The notes: generated by a model from the sequence alone, not told the origin. A DNA stretch of 64,000 bases from Balanoglossus misakiensis (GCA_040954595.2 CM082579.2:9103625-9167624), one strand, 5' to 3'. Shown: positions 29,501 to 42,313, numbered from the stretch's first letter. Numbers and translations: made by a program.

Positions 29501-32500
29501 TTGGTTGCTGAGAAAGACTTGGCTGTCCAAATTCTGTCCGCATTTTCTGAGTAACATGACTAGAGAGAAAACTTCCCAAGTCATCACAAAAGATGAAACT
29601 AAGAATTCGAAATGTCAGACGCACCCTGGTACATACAAACCCATGTGCGTGAAACTGTCATAGAAATATGTGTGATTATATGTATGTTTGTGCCCGTATC
29701 ACAATGACTTATTCTACGTCTCTTTTCCATAGAACCAATCAGTAGTCTGCCTGCCACATATTATTCCATAGTAAGCCTATATGAATGAACAACACAATTC
29801 AGCCGGATCTGACTCACATTGACTGTTCTATTTTCTTTCAACCCACAGCCTGAATTCCGATTGGAACGTGTTTAAATCTCTGTGCCAGCCAGCCACGCCA
29901 TGTGTTAACCCTGGTTTGTATGCCATCATTGGTGCTGCTGCAGTTCTTGGTGGTGTCACGCGAATGACAGGTGGGAAATTATGACGTTCTTTGTCTTCTT
30001 GTTACGTGAAGATAACCACTCGCCAATTACTGTGAATTTATAATCAAAGCAGAAGGGCTGGTTTTTAATTAGTAATGTGTTTAATCAGCCAGGCAAGATA
30101 GCTTGCATTCAAACTGTACCAGTCTGGTCCCCAAATTAACCAAATTTTATGCCCTCCATCTTTGATTTGTGTGTGTGCTGTAGATAACCATTCTCACGTC
30201 AATGAATATGTTTTAGTTATACCTTATTGTTAAAATCACATACAGACGATATACTGTGGTTCAAAAACCTGGGGACTTTGGAATGGTACACAAGGCTAGA
30301 AATACTCCATCACTGTGCCATTTCTTCTGATGCGTCACCAGCCTAAGCATTTTTGTTTGTTTTTGTTGCAGTCTCTCTGGTGGTCATCATGTTTGAGCTG
30401 ACCGGTGGGTTGCAGTACATCGTTCCGTTGATGGCAGCCATCATGACAGCCAAGTGGGTCGGCGATGCCTTCGGCAGAGAAGGAATGTATCCTTTCAAAC
30501 TGGTCTTGAAAAAAAATAATGGTCACATTACTGAGTTTCTCAGAAATCTACACCAAGACTGCAGTGAACTGAAAACAACAGCATTGTGTGTCCTTATGTT
30601 AGAGGGCGCTTTTGAGACAAACTGAAGACAAGCGTTTCAAATTTTATTCATTTTTGAAGCATCGTTTCAGTGACCAAAAAAAAACAATTCAAGTTGTTGA
30701 AATAGCAGTCTAAGGTATTGGCAAGTCTGAAGGTATTCTTAGAGTTAGACATAACATGCTTGTTTTCCCTTGACAACTGCCATAGTTACGACGGCCACAT
30801 TCATTTGAACGGCTATCCATACCTGGATAGCAAGAGAGAATTTGTACACAGTACAATAGCATCAGATGTCATGAGGCCAAGGTAGGTAGTCCATTTAGCT
30901 TTTTCGCTACCACTGTTTGGTAGAACTACATTGTTACCGTTTGTGTGATTGGATCTGTACAGCGGAAATCACAGGTCACCAGGGGTGTGAGGGTGAAGGT
31001 CAATTCCATATACCATGTACAGTCAAACCTGTGTTAGTGACCACCTCTATATAGTGACCACCTCTATATAGTAGCCACTACAGTGTATGTTACAGTCCCT
31101 GTGCAACTGACATGCGCATTAATTGACCTGTCTGTAAAGACCACCTCTCTATAAAGGCCAGGTTTATGAAAGTCTTTTGACTGGGTACTATACACAGGTT
31201 TGACTGTACCAGTATATCAGTGCGTACAGAAAGCGATTGATACAAATATTTTTCTGCATTGTTCACTCACGCAACGTTTCCATGTTATAGGAGGTCCGAC
31301 CCGCCATTGTCGGTGATCACACAGGATGGTATGACTGTGGAAGAAATTGGTAAGTTTTCCCCGATTTGTCTCAAAAGTATGCAGCATCATTCAGGCTTGT
31401 TTTGCTGCTCAAACATGCATGTATTTATGTTAAAATTCAAGCAAGATTTTCTAAAGCAGTTGGCATGCCTTACTTTGACTATACTACGATCAATTCAGCT
31501 ACGTGTCTTAGTTATGATTTTTTTTAATTTTAATACGGTACTGAGATCCAACAAGTGGATAAATTATAATACAAAATTCTTTTCAATTGATTTACCAGAG
31601 GGTCTGATCACAGAAACCACTTACAACTCGTATCCAGTGATAGTATCCAAGGAATCACAAAGACTTGCTGGTTTGGTGCAGAGAAAAGATGTGAAATTAT
31701 CATTAAGTAAGTTTTCCTCGTAGAAGTATAATCATATTCATATATAGTTTTTTCCCCCCGGGGTTCCCCTTGGTATATCAATGCTGTCATATTATTAGGT
31801 AGCAGATGATCATTTAGAGATGTTCCCCGGCCTTACTGAGTGAGTGAGTGGGTGAGTGAGTGAGTGAGTGAGTGAGAGAGAGGGGGGGGGGGAGGGAAAG
31901 AGAGAGAGGAGGGGGGAGGTCAAACACATTAAATGAAAAAATGATTGCGATGGCATCTGTATGTATGTGTGTGTGTATGTTTTACCTGGAACCAGGGTCA
32001 CTCCACAAACTGTGCTGGAATGTATCGTTTGATAAACATTGGTGTTTTGTTTATGTTTCTTCAGGTAATGCTAGGAAACACCAGGAAGATGTTGTAACCC
32101 AGTCCAAAGTCTACTTCAGTACGCATGTGCCGCGGTATTCAATATCAGGCCAGCCATCACCGCTGAAACTTACTAAGATATTGGACCAGGTGAGAATTAG
32201 TTTACAGTTTGTACTTACTCTCGAGGTGATCTCAGAGTGATCTGCAGAACAATGAATAATGAAACAGATGTATTGGCCATTGCCTTTGTACTTGTTTTGA
32301 TCCGGTAAACATCAACATGAATGATAATGTTACGTTATGTGTGTATTTCACATTGCAGTGTCCATTTCAAGTTACTGACCAAACTCCCATGGAGACGGTG
32401 GTCGAAATGTTCCGGAAGCTGGGCCTTCGCACATGTCTTGTCACGCATAACGGGTGAGTTCTCATATAAACTCATTTTGTCCTGATGGTTTTACAGGCTG

Positions 32501-32707
32501 CAAATTCGTCACATGTGCCATGCATGGTCATTTCTGCACTTCTGCAGTGTCAAAAGAAATTTTAAAGGACAAAAACCCAGCACAAAACGATCAAAATTCT
32601 CCTCATCTCTCCGCAGACGGTTGCTCGGTATCATCACAAAGAAGGACGTCTTACGCCACTGGGCCATGTTGAAGAACCAAGACCCCGATTCCATTATGTT
32701 TCACTGA
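11522..32707 (+). CDS. CLCN3: H+/Cl- exchange transporter of the ClC-3/4/5 group, ~809 aa, 18 coding exons
   Basis: Exons 11522-11693, 20108-20317, 21200-21516, 22106-22312, 22600-22680, 26502-26684, 28071-28160, 28732-28856, 28992-29139, 29345-29430, 29849-29970, 30372-30486, 30786-30881, 31291-31349, 31599-31706, 32065-32189, 32359-32453, 32617-32707; 2430 nt with consistent phases. Motifs: [20 protein letters not shown] (gating Glu), FSLEE (proton Glu), GLFIP, GREGIYD, two CBS domains, C-terminal NQDPDSIMF. Probably a co-ortholog of CLCN3/4/5. Confidence 0.95.
14901..15051 (+). CDS. CLCN3: Alternative first coding exon of the CLC gene ([20 protein letters not shown]...)
   Basis: GC-rich island in AT-rich intron with GCCATG start. 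The 151-nt exon ends in phase 1 at G|GTCAG, the same phase as exon 11522-11693, so it can splice in frame to 20108. A possible upstream non-coding exon ends at the GTGAGT donor at 14671. Confidence 0.6.
20428..20778. mobile_element. Non-autonomous DNA transposon/MITE with TTAA target site (Kolobok-like)
   Basis: TTAA-GGTAGTAT ... ATACTACC-TTAA: 8-bp TIR with TTAA on both sides. Confidence 0.5.
21539..21751. mobile_element. MITE with TA TSD (Tc1/mariner-pogo type)
   Basis: TA-CTGTAAAACGGGTTATTTTCGC ... GCGAAAATAACCTGTTTTACAG-TA, with internal TTTCGCG motifs. A related copy sits at 63166-63383. Confidence 0.75.
24118..25890 (+). mobile_element. Non-autonomous Helentron-associated element (HINE/DINE-1-like) carrying an internal tandem array
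   Basis: Inserted in a T-run (T7 on both sides). 5' subterminal palindrome GGTCCCAT(24119)...ATGGGACC(24153), then (TGTA/TGGA)n at ~24172-24250 and an internal ~238-bp array. 3' subTIR AAATGGGACC (25863-25872) is complementary to the 5' end and is followed by a short hairpin AGTGTC-CTT-GACGCT. Confidence 0.7.
24665..25825. repeat. Tandem repeat, ~238-bp unit, ~4.9 copies
   Basis: CACCTGT(G/A)ACACCTG recurs at 24691, 24929, 25168, 25407 and 25644; the units are highly similar. Confidence 0.95.
30487..30785 (+). other. U12-type (minor spliceosome) GT-AG intron in the CLC gene
   Basis: 5' site GTATCCTTT (30487-30495); branch point TTTTCCCTTGAC (30763-30774) about 12 nt from AG (30784-30785); no polypyrimidine tract between branch point and AG. 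Splicing restores the conserved GREG-I-YDGHI. Confidence 0.9.
31020..31206. mobile_element. MITE with TA TSD (pogo/Tigger-like)
   Basis: TA-CAGTCAAACCTGTG ... CACAGGTTTGACTG-TA, with internal repeats of GACCACCTCT. Confidence 0.8.
31837..31910. repeat. (GAGT)n / GA / G-run microsatellite
   Basis: TGAGTGAGTGAG... followed by GA and G tracts in a CLC intron. Confidence 0.8.
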
Positions 32708-35700
32708 CAGTGCAAACGCCTTTGCTTAATAGGGTCGTCTCATATTACAACTGCATCTCTGTGCCATTGTCCCTTCCAAGGGAATGTGAAGAAATACTAA
32801 TTGAAGTCTGGAGTTTAAAATATCACATGCGAAATCATTCACTTCTGAGTGTTCGGTTCTCTCACTATCGTGGGACTGTTATCATTTTAGTTCAGTTGAA
32901 TTTATCACATATTATCACACCAATGCCCTATCTTTACATGGATGTTGTCTGTGTTTTCTTAAGTAAGAGAAGTATTGTACCTGGCAGTTTCACTGATAAA
33001 TCTAAAAGTTTCAAAGTCTCTAAGGCGTGTGGATAAAAAATTTCTTCACTTTCAGTGCAAACATTATGGCCCTTAAAACATGTGTGGTATGATTATTATT
33101 AATGGAATCCCTATATATATATACCCCAGTATTTGGTGGTTGGATATGGGTTTTTTTCAAGCAAACATTCTGCTTATATAGCGATATATAATCCCCATAT
33201 TGGCAACGTCGATTAGTGTGAAAGGGAAGGGGAAGGGATGGATGGAGAGTTAGAGTTTCCCAACAATATTGCCCACAATACAGTGTCTGTATTTTTGCCA
33301 TATATGTCATCAATCCACTCATCAATTTTTGAGCTGATGCTGCCATGAGTTCATTTTAAACAGGATGTGACATTTATGATCCAATTTCTGGTACAGAACT
33401 GAATTTTCTGTGTTACATGTGTGCTAATCGAATACAGTGATGATTAAAATGTGAATTACACTTCGGGAAGTAGTGTTGTATTACTTGTGATATTGGAATG
33501 CAAATGCCGATTTCTTTATAAACCTCTCATTTATATTTTCTCTATTTAGATTTTTTTTAAATATAATATAAATAATTATGGTGTATATACTGTATGCATA
33601 ATACCACATCAGAATGGTCATCAAATGTCCCTGTTCGATCTGCTGGCTTATCTACAAAAACACAATAACTAAATGTTATGGATCTTTTTGCTGATTATGT
33701 TTTACCCCTTTGGAACTGGAATATTGTGCCACTACACATCACTTGGAATGAACTTTGTGGCATAAAACAGATACTGGTCTTTTTACGCAATATTTTTTTT
33801 TTTCAATTTCCAAATATAAACTGTCTTTATTCAGTCCAGCAAGGGCAACTTTCAAATGCATGTACATGTATTTATTTATTTATTTCCTGATTTGTTAACT
33901 TTTTAGTGTTCAATAGATTTTAATCAAAGGATATTATGTTTTTTTTCTTTTTCTTTTTTTTCGAAACAAAGAACTAAATCCCAAAGCAGCAATAAGTATT
34001 GAAAAGCTGGTCTAAATATGCATCAATAGTGGCCAAATACTGTGTAATAATTGGAACTTTTCAACAGGCTATATGTGTAACCTATTAAAAGGTTTACATT
34101 TTGGATGCAGGGTAGACTTGCTCCAAGTCTTTGGGCTTCATTATTTCATAATAAATACATTTAAAAAACTTCCGAGTTTCTCTATGTACCGTGTGTGAAG
34201 TAAAAGTCACCGAGTGTGAAGCCTCCAAAAAGCAATCACATGCATGCAATTTCTCGACTGCAGTTTGCCATAAACTCAAAGTATCGGTTTTGTAGTTTAT
34301 ATTTATATATATTTGTCTGTACATTTAAAAAATATTTTGTATCAATTGAATGTAGAATCTTTAGGTATTGTATCTGTAAAGAGTGCCTACAGCTGCATCT
34401 GGGGTGAGTTTTCCCCAGTCTATAAACGGTGACTATATTAACAATTTGGTAAAAACAAATATTCATGATTAAGAATGTACATTGATACTTAGCAGTGAAA
34501 TATGTTTATTCCAATGTACTGTCAAACAATCTACTTCAGTTATGTAATTTGAAATGTCATATGTAAATGTAGCCATTATTGGGTAGGGTTAGACGATGTT
34601 TACAGTTTGTTTGTTTAGAACAATTTGTCAGCCATCTGTTAATTTGATAATTTGAGTCGCCTTTCAGTGAATGTGTGACCGTGTCAGGATGTGTCACTTG
34701 TATAGAATCTGTTATCGTCATGTACAGAGTTTTACTTGAACCACGTAAACCTGGGAGTGCAGATGTAGGTTTATGTCTGCCTGAGTTGGGTTGGGTGGGG
34801 GGGTGAGGGGGGGGGGGGTTGGGTGGTAGACAAGGGTTGTTGTACGCGATGATATTTATTTACATATAAAAAGGACGTTAACATTGACTGTAAAAATCTT
34901 AAATATGCTCGCCAATTTGGATATACAATGGAAAGCAAAAAAAATGACATGACGTGTGTCACAGACACTCAAATACAGCTAGGCTTTGCAACAAAAATGT
35001 ATCAGTCAGGAAGGCTGAAAAAAGATGCACAATGAAATAGGATTAACACCTATTCAGTCAAGCTTTTCACAATTTGTGGTGTCATAATAAAACACATTGT
35101 TGGCTAAGCAAAGTGTAATATATATATTCCAATTTCCATGCAGTAACCTCCTACAAGAGTAGGTAGGTACGTACAATATTTTGCAGGGAACATTGTTATT
35201 TTAGTAGAGGTTTTGGCCATCTCTTGGATATTCATTCAGTTTCCAGATTGTATGCTGGTATGTCCCTCATCTTTGCCAGAATATTATCACAAATATTAAG
35301 TGCAAAAGTTGAACACCAAATCCTTGCTGGTGTCTAGGCGTTCAGTGGTCACATGACACACTAGGAGTTTGTGCTCGCTGAGTCAGTTTTTAAGTGATGG
35401 CTATAAATTGATACATGGTGTTATTTGAATGGAATTATTGAGATATGTTTATTGTAAATACTGTGATGTATGTAATATCATTATCCATATGTGAAATAAA
35501 TGTCATATGGCTGGCAGCAACCGTGGATGATGTGTGTGGGTTTTTGTTGTTGGGCTGTAAAAGAGGTGGGCTCAGTAAAAACGATCTAGAGCACAGGGAA
35601 TCTTGTGGACAGATTGCAAATAACTGAATTTAAATTGTTTCTTGCAAGGATTTTTTTAAAATTCATATTGTAGTCTGACATAGCTTATTTCTTAGCCATA

Positions 35701-36387
35701 TGACGCTTGTCAGATCTTGAATGTAGTAAAGGTCATCGCCCTTTGCGTATCGTAAGCATAACCACTAACCTAAGCGGCCTTCCCTCGGTGCATTATGGGT
35801 CGGCAATGGATGGAGGAGATTATGAGTCGAGCATACTCCGCGTTCCAATTACATATTTTGATGGGGCATTGACATTCAGCTGTAAAAACGGATCCTGGTA
35901 TGTTGGTGTTTTTACTTAACTCTTTCTAGTGATTTCTAGTGTCCCAGTGTTGTAGTTTACGGTAAGGAGGCATGGCGACTCCCCCACAGTGCAGAAAAGG
36001 TCTGACGTGACCTGGGATTGAGGTCACTCGACATCTATGTTCATGCATGCACTGGGGGAGAAAACAGACAGTCTGTTTGTGATGTCGTTGATGTTTTTAA
36101 AGAGGGTTGGTTTAGCTGACTGTCCTTTCTCACACATTTGAAGCCGATGGGTGAAGTTATCTCGTAGCATCTTACCTGAATGCGCGAGTCATCTGGTGTG
36201 TGTATGTGTACACTGTATGTACAGTGATAGTTGTACAGTGTAGACTGTGTGTAAGTGTACTGTACATGATACCGAGCAATACTAGTAATATGTGCTATGT
36301 GTGCATATAAGAACATGCATCAATATAACTTATTTACATGTATAGTTCCTTTGTATTTGGATGAACAAAGGATTGGGTCAAACATAG

Positions 36388-36484
36388 TGCAATAATTGTA
36401 GCCTTGGTGGACCTGGTTGATCGCTGACGGCTGGCTTGATAGCCGTCAGCGATCAACCAGTCCACCAAGGCTACAATTATTGCA
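36388..36484. repeat. Near-perfect 97-bp hairpin (palindromic MITE-like)
   Basis: TGCAATAATTGTAGCCTTGGTGGAC(C)TGGTTGATCGCTGACGGCT, an 8-nt loop, then AGCCGTCAGCGATCAACCAGTCCACCAAGGCTACAATTATTGCA: 44-bp stem with a single bulge. Confidence 0.85.
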
Positions 36485-37421
36485 GCTAGGTCAAACACAG
36501 CATCTTGTACAGTTCGCTGACAGCAATTTTTAACACACAACTATTCCAATTGGCTACATGAGCTATTAAAATGTAATCGCCATGATATTGATAACAAGTG
36601 CGGCGGGTACAACCCTATGGGGAAATTTCATTGGTGCAAAAACAGTGTGGCCTCTATATGTCAAATTGTGCCACACCACTGACAGAAAAATGTCTATAAG
36701 TACAATATTATATCGGCTAACTTTGTTCATGATTCCTGAGCATGTGGTGACGGTCAATGCACCATGTGCAGTGCTTGGTTGTGGCTACAATAGACTTGTG
36801 AGTTAATTCATTGTGAGTTAATTCATGAGCACATTCTAACATGCTGTGCATATATGTATAATGTATGTCAGTAACTTTCAGGGGCAACATACTAATATGC
36901 AGATTGGCAGGATTAATTGACATTTTTAAATACTTTTTGATCTATTTTATTTTGTATTTGCAATGTAAATGATAATCTAATGTCAAAGAGGTGTAATCAT
37001 TGTGGCTTCACTTTCATGTACTAACATCTAGTGGTTTTGGCAGATCTTTTGAGTTGTGTATTCATCTGTTTGTCACAAGATGCACTTGTACTTCATTGGA
37101 GATGCTTTAAGGATGTAATATCCAGTGCAGTGAACAACTTCAAATGAACGTAACCAACAACTGGCCTTCATTGACGACCGCAGCTGCTACCGGTACCTAG
37201 TGTAACTATAACTACTATGAGTATGTTACCCTGGAGATCATGGGCTGTTGACATTTAGACAACTTTCGCATTCTCCTTGCAGGCCTTGCATGTTCACCGA
37301 AAGATGCCTTGCGCTGCACACCCCGATTGGACAAATTAGCTTTTGGGTACCGTCCCTGCTGCACATGTCGACTGTGGGATTCATGAGCTGAAAAAAAAAC
37401 CACAGTTGTGACCCCCCGGGC

Positions 37422-38771
37422 ATGGCTAAAAATAGTGAAATCATTGACCTCATCAGCGGTGGAGTCTCGGCGGGCGAACTTGCCGACAAGATCTCCGAAG
37501 GTGCCGACATCCGCGCGGCCGGCAAGTTGGGATTGACGGCGCTCCACCACGCGGCGCACAAGGGCAACCTGGAGTGCGTGAAGCTGCTGCTGGCCAGCGG
37601 CGGCGACCCCAACATTCAGGACGGCTGCGGTTACACCCCCCTGCACGTCGCCGCCAAGTACGGGCAGGAGGAGGCCCTGGAGGTGCTGTTCGAGCACGGG
37701 GCCGACATCCACGTCAAGGACGAGATCGGCTTCACGCCGCTGCACCTGGCGCTGCTGGACGGCCGCAGCCAGTGCGCGGCGTTCCTGCTGCGGAAGGGCG
37801 CCAACCCGAACATGTACTACAAGCACATGGGGTACGAGATCCACTCCGTGAACCCGCTCAGCCCGGACTGCCTGGAGCGCCTGCTGCAGTACGGCGCCGA
37901 CCCCAACGCCCGGAACGCCCGGGGGCTGACGGCCCTGCACATCGCCTGCCAGGAGGGCAACGTGCAGTTCGTGCAGATGCTGCTGCAGTACGCCGCCGAC
38001 ATCAACGCCAAGTCGCAGAGCCCCTCCAAGGGGGACGTGACGCCGCTGCGCTGCGCCGTGATGGAGGACGAGAAGCCCATCGTGGAGATGCTGCTGGCGA
38101 ACGAGGCGGACCCGAACGAGTCGGACGCCCGGCTGAACACTCCGCTGCACCACGCGGCCACGCAGGGCAACGTGGAGATGGCGCGCATACTGCTGCGGCA
38201 CGGCGCCGACGTGGCCGCCGTCAACGAGGACCTGGGCCAGCCGCTGCACAAGGCGTGCCGGTTCTCCCACGACCCCGAGATGATCCGGGTGCTGCTGGAG
38301 AGCGGCGCCGACCCCAACGCGGCCACCGAGTCGGGCGAGACGCCCATGACCTGCCTCATCTGGAAGTACGGCCACATCTCCAAGCAGCACCTCCGGGAGA
38401 TCGACGCCGAGATGAAGTGGAAGATCACCCTGCTGCTGAACTACGGGGCGGAGGTCAACTTCCTCAACGACCGGCGAGACCCGCACACCATTCTCTACTC
38501 AGAACTCCACAAAGTCGATCTGCTGGCCGCAAGCATGGCCACGCTGGTCGAGGCAGCGGAAAAAATCTCCATTCACGACAGCCACGGGAACGCCCCTCCG
38601 AATTTTCCTGGCAGTATCAAAGAACAGCTGGAGTTTATCCGAAGTCACCCCAGGACTTTGAAGCACTGTGCAAGGCACTGTATCAGGGAATTCTTGGGTA
38701 AAAAGAAGCCTGTCGTTATCCCCCAGTTGCCCCTACCACATCCTCTCATCAAGTACTTGCAGTTTATGTGA
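37422..38771 (+). CDS. Ankyrin repeat and SOCS box protein (ASB-like), copy 1, 449 aa
   Basis: Single-exon ORF with about 9 ankyrin repeats (G-x-T-P/A-L-H-x-A). C-terminal SOCS box PRTLKHCARHCIREFL...LPLPHPLIKYL. Confidence 0.93.
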   Translation: MAKNSEIIDLISGGVSAGELADKISEGADIRAAGKLGLTALHHAAHKGNLECVKLLLASGGDPNIQDGCGYTPLHVAAKYGQEEALEVLFEHGADIHVKDEIGFTPLHLALLDGRSQCAAFLLRKGANPNMYYKHMGYEIHSVNPLSPDCLERLLQYGADPNARNARGLTALHIACQEGNVQFVQMLLQYAADINAKSQSPSKGDVTPLRCAVMEDEKPIVEMLLANEADPNESDARLNTPLHHAATQGNVEMARILLRHGADVAAVNEDLGQPLHKACRFSHDPEMIRVLLESGADPNAATESGETPMTCLIWKYGHISKQHLREIDAEMKWKITLLLNYGAEVNFLNDRRDPHTILYSELHKVDLLAASMATLVEAAEKISIHDSHGNAPPNFPGSIKEQLEFIRSHPRTLKHCARHCIREFLGKKKPVVIPQLPLPHPLIKYLQFM

Positions 38772-40319
38772 GTACATGTACATGTATTTGCAATGATCAG
38801 ATCAGGTGGACTGAGGTGGTACATATTTGGAGGTTCGTCAGTTTGTGAACCTCATGGTTTAACACAGAGTGAATCTTGGAATGGGTGATATTTATCAGGA
38901 AGCAACTCTTTCACTTATCACGTTTGTCTTCATCTTTTACTACATGCTTGACAACAAAACTAAAGAATTCAGTCTTGGGATTGTTACTGAAACAAAACAA
39001 AACTAAATTGAAACTAATTTTCTGAATTTACTGCATAATTTTCAAGATTGCGTTATTATAGATTTCTCATACAAATGTTTCAGTACACGTTTTCATGTAA
39101 ACTTAGAATTTTTTCATCATCTAAAAGGGTTTTGATCTCTGGGCCATGTACATCATCATGAATTATATTTTCCTGACTTTTAAGATATTTATTGCATTTA
39201 AGCTTTTCTTTAAAGTCTGTTATTTATTGTCATATCTTTATTCAGTTTGTTTGGTTTTGTATTCTGCCTTTGTTGGTTGAATGGCTGGCCGTCTCGAAAA
39301 GGTAGTTAGATTTTTTTCTGATTCAGGGATGTAGAAATGTTATGGTTTATCAATATCATGCAAGAAGGTAAGTCATTGGTGATAGTAAAGTGACATACAG
39401 ATCAACATTTTGTCTGTTTCTCCACTGAACTGATATTTTATTAGCCTGTGCTATTTTGCTTGCAGACAGGTGTAAAATTGGTGTAAAATTGCCTCTTTAT
39501 TGAGATTGGCTACATCTAAGTCGCAAACAAAATGGCAAACTAGTTCAGTTCTGGTTTATCATTTGCGAAATTATTCCACACAAGCTGGAGCACAGAAACT
39601 TGAAAGAGAGGAAATGTTCAATTGCGTTGCCATCTCTCTGACAAAATGTCTTCACAAGTCATTTTACCTTAACCTTTGAACCTTGACCTTCCTGTTGACC
39701 TTTGACATCATGCAGCGATTCCTCCCATAATCTAAGCAGAAGTCAAAGGATTTACATAATACATGAAAGTACCTTATTTTTAAAATAGGTTTGATCGTTT
39801 ATAAGTGTAATATGGCACAGGAAATGATTTTTTGGTGAAAGGCCTTTCTGGCAATAAAATGTACACTGTACTGTTGCATTACTATAAAAATATTGCTTGT
39901 GTCTCTTTCTTAAAATAGTTGACATGCCTAAAGACAGCATTGTAACATTTGTAACATACCTGCATATGGTGTCTGACAGCGACATGGAAGAAAGAATGCT
40001 CTATAGCCCTTGTGTGCGTCACATTGTTTAGTGACACATGCCAGCCAATGTAACCAGCGGACAATCTAATTCGCATGAGACAACGTCTTGTCAGATTTAG
40101 AGTTTAATAGGTATCATTTTTCTATGTAGCACACTTGAGTGCAATCACATCTCTCCATTTTCTGTTCTCAACAGGAGCTAGCTGAGGGGACTACATGCAT
40201 TTTGCATATTTATTTCACTGCAACTCTGGAAGTTCACTGTAGGCCACTGGCCTTGCACTGAACGTGTTTTTTTAGAGCGAAGATTTACTGATGTGTGTAC
40301 TGAAGTGTGCTGTATCGTC

Positions 40320-41762
40320 ATGGGCGACTCTTCTGGTGACCAGGCGTCTGTTCAAACAGGACAAGACCAACGGGAGGATTCTGAGGCGGAGCCCTTCACC
40401 ACCGCGGACCTGATCCCACTCATCACGGGCGAAGACGACATCTCGGAGGAGGACTTCGAGGAGCTGGTGAAACTCTTGCACGGGCGCGTCAACCGGTCGG
40501 ACAGAAACGAGCAGACCCCGCTGCACCACGCGGCCAACGTCAACAACCTGTCCTTCGTGGAGGTGCTGCTGAGACACGGGGCCGACCCCTCGCTCCAGGA
40601 CCTGGGCGGCATAACCGCCTTGCACTACGCTACGAAGAACGACAACATCGCCATGGTGCGCCGACTCTTGGAGCGCGGCGCCGTCGTGAACGTGGACAAC
40701 AACATAGGTTTCCCGCCCCTGCACATAGCGGTGCGGGACGCGCACATCGATTGCATCAAGGCTCTGCTGGAGCACGGGGGCGACCCCAATAAACGGTACG
40801 TCATGTTCAACACCTCCTTCCACGAGATACACTGTGTGCAGAACAACAGCATGGAGAGACTGGAACTCCTGCTGAAGTACGGCGCCAACACGGAAGCGCG
40901 CGACGCCAAGGGTCTGACGCCGCTGCATCACGCGTGCCAGGGCGGCCTCTACGATTTTGTGGAGAAACTGATCGAGTACGGAGCGGACGTGAACACAGAG
41001 ACGCCGCCGCTGCCCGAGTACCGGGGGAAATTCACGGTCCTCCGGTACGCCGTGATGTGCGGGGAGCGGGAGATCTGCCGGCTGCTGCTGGGGCACGGCG
41101 CCGACCCGAACGTCTGCGACATGAAGAACGTGGTCCCCCTGCACGTGGCCACGCAGCAGGGGTACACGGACATCGTGCAGCACCTGCTGGAGTACGGCGC
41201 CGACGTGGCGGTGCGCAACAACACGGGCAAGCAGGCGCTGCACCGGGCGTGCATCTCCGGCGGCGACGCCCGGATGCTGCTGCTGCTGCTGCAGCACGGC
41301 GCCGACCCGAACGTCGTCACCGACGTCGGCGAGACGCCCGTCCACGGACTGATGTGGCGGTACTGCCGCTCGCCGGCCAGCGAGGCGGACACCAACGACG
41401 CCGAGCTGAGGGAGAAGCTGCTGATCCTGCTGAACTACGGGGCCCGCTTCAACCTGCGCCACGACAGCGGCGACGCGCACAGCATCACCGGCAATCTGCG
41501 GAACCTGGAGAAGCTGCCGCAGAGTCTTGGGCTCATCCTGGAGGCGGCCGACAGCGTCAACATCTACAGCGGCTCGGGGACGACCCCGGCCATGATCGAG
41601 GGCGGACTGAAGAGGAAGCTGATCGAGATGACCACCACGCCGCGGCCGTTGAAATGCCAGACCAGGAGGTGTATTCGGCGTCTCCTGGGAAAGAATATCT
41701 GTGACAAAGTTGAGGAGCTGCCCTTGCCACAAGCATTGAATAATTACATTCTGTTTCAGTAG
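40320..41762 (+). CDS. Ankyrin repeat and SOCS box protein (ASB-like), copy 2, ~480 aa
   Basis: First ATG at 40320 (MGDSSGDQ). Ankyrin repeats plus SOCS box PRPLKCQTRRCIRRLL...LPLPQALNNYIL; colinear with copy 3. Confidence 0.93.
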   Translation: MGDSSGDQASVQTGQDQREDSEAEPFTTADLIPLITGEDDISEEDFEELVKLLHGRVNRSDRNEQTPLHHAANVNNLSFVEVLLRHGADPSLQDLGGITALHYATKNDNIAMVRRLLERGAVVNVDNNIGFPPLHIAVRDAHIDCIKALLEHGGDPNKRYVMFNTSFHEIHCVQNNSMERLELLLKYGANTEARDAKGLTPLHHACQGGLYDFVEKLIEYGADVNTETPPLPEYRGKFTVLRYAVMCGEREICRLLLGHGADPNVCDMKNVVPLHVATQQGYTDIVQHLLEYGADVAVRNNTGKQALHRACISGGDARMLLLLLQHGADPNVVTDVGETPVHGLMWRYCRSPASEADTNDAELREKLLILLNYGARFNLRHDSGDAHSITGNLRNLEKLPQSLGLILEAADSVNIYSGSGTTPAMIEGGLKRKLIEMTTTPRPLKCQTRRCIRRLLGKNICDKVEELPLPQALNNYILFQ

Positions 41763-42313
41763 TCAGCTTTAGCTGAAAACATTTACCCATTTCACCCAAT
41801 GATTTGGTCCAAATGGATTATCTCACGTGGTAAAGTTGGACCCCTGTAAAGGGAAACAGGGGAGAGAAGGTTAAGTTACTGGTGCCCAAGGAAAAAAGCA
41901 AATACTAAATGTAAATAACATTGCAATTTCTGAACACAATTCAAATCACAGACATTTTTAAATTGAATTTGTACCAATTCAACAGTGAGTCTACAGAACC
42001 TTATGACATCAGTTATCCTACTTAGAATTCCCGGATACTAGTCTATGCCATCCGTCAGTGCCAACAAATTTACAAAAAGAGGAAAATATCAAATTTGCAC
42101 TTACCCATTTTGGAGTAGAATTTTTGCGTAAATATTGTTTTTCGTTTAGCCGTTGCCAAGGTGATTCATAAAGCGATGAAATTGGACAGATCGAAAAGAA
42201 AGGTTTGGATATATTTGGTAGATGATAGAAGCATGAACTTTTGCAAATTTTCATTACTTTTTACACCATATTACAGTTGTTTAGCAATTCTTCTATGTAC
42301 TTTAAAAATTATG

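Noticed and set aside
32710-35500. Short ORFs after the CLC stop codon
   Set aside because: AT-rich sequence consistent with a long 3' UTR (AATAAA at ~35085 and ~35495); no coding signal.
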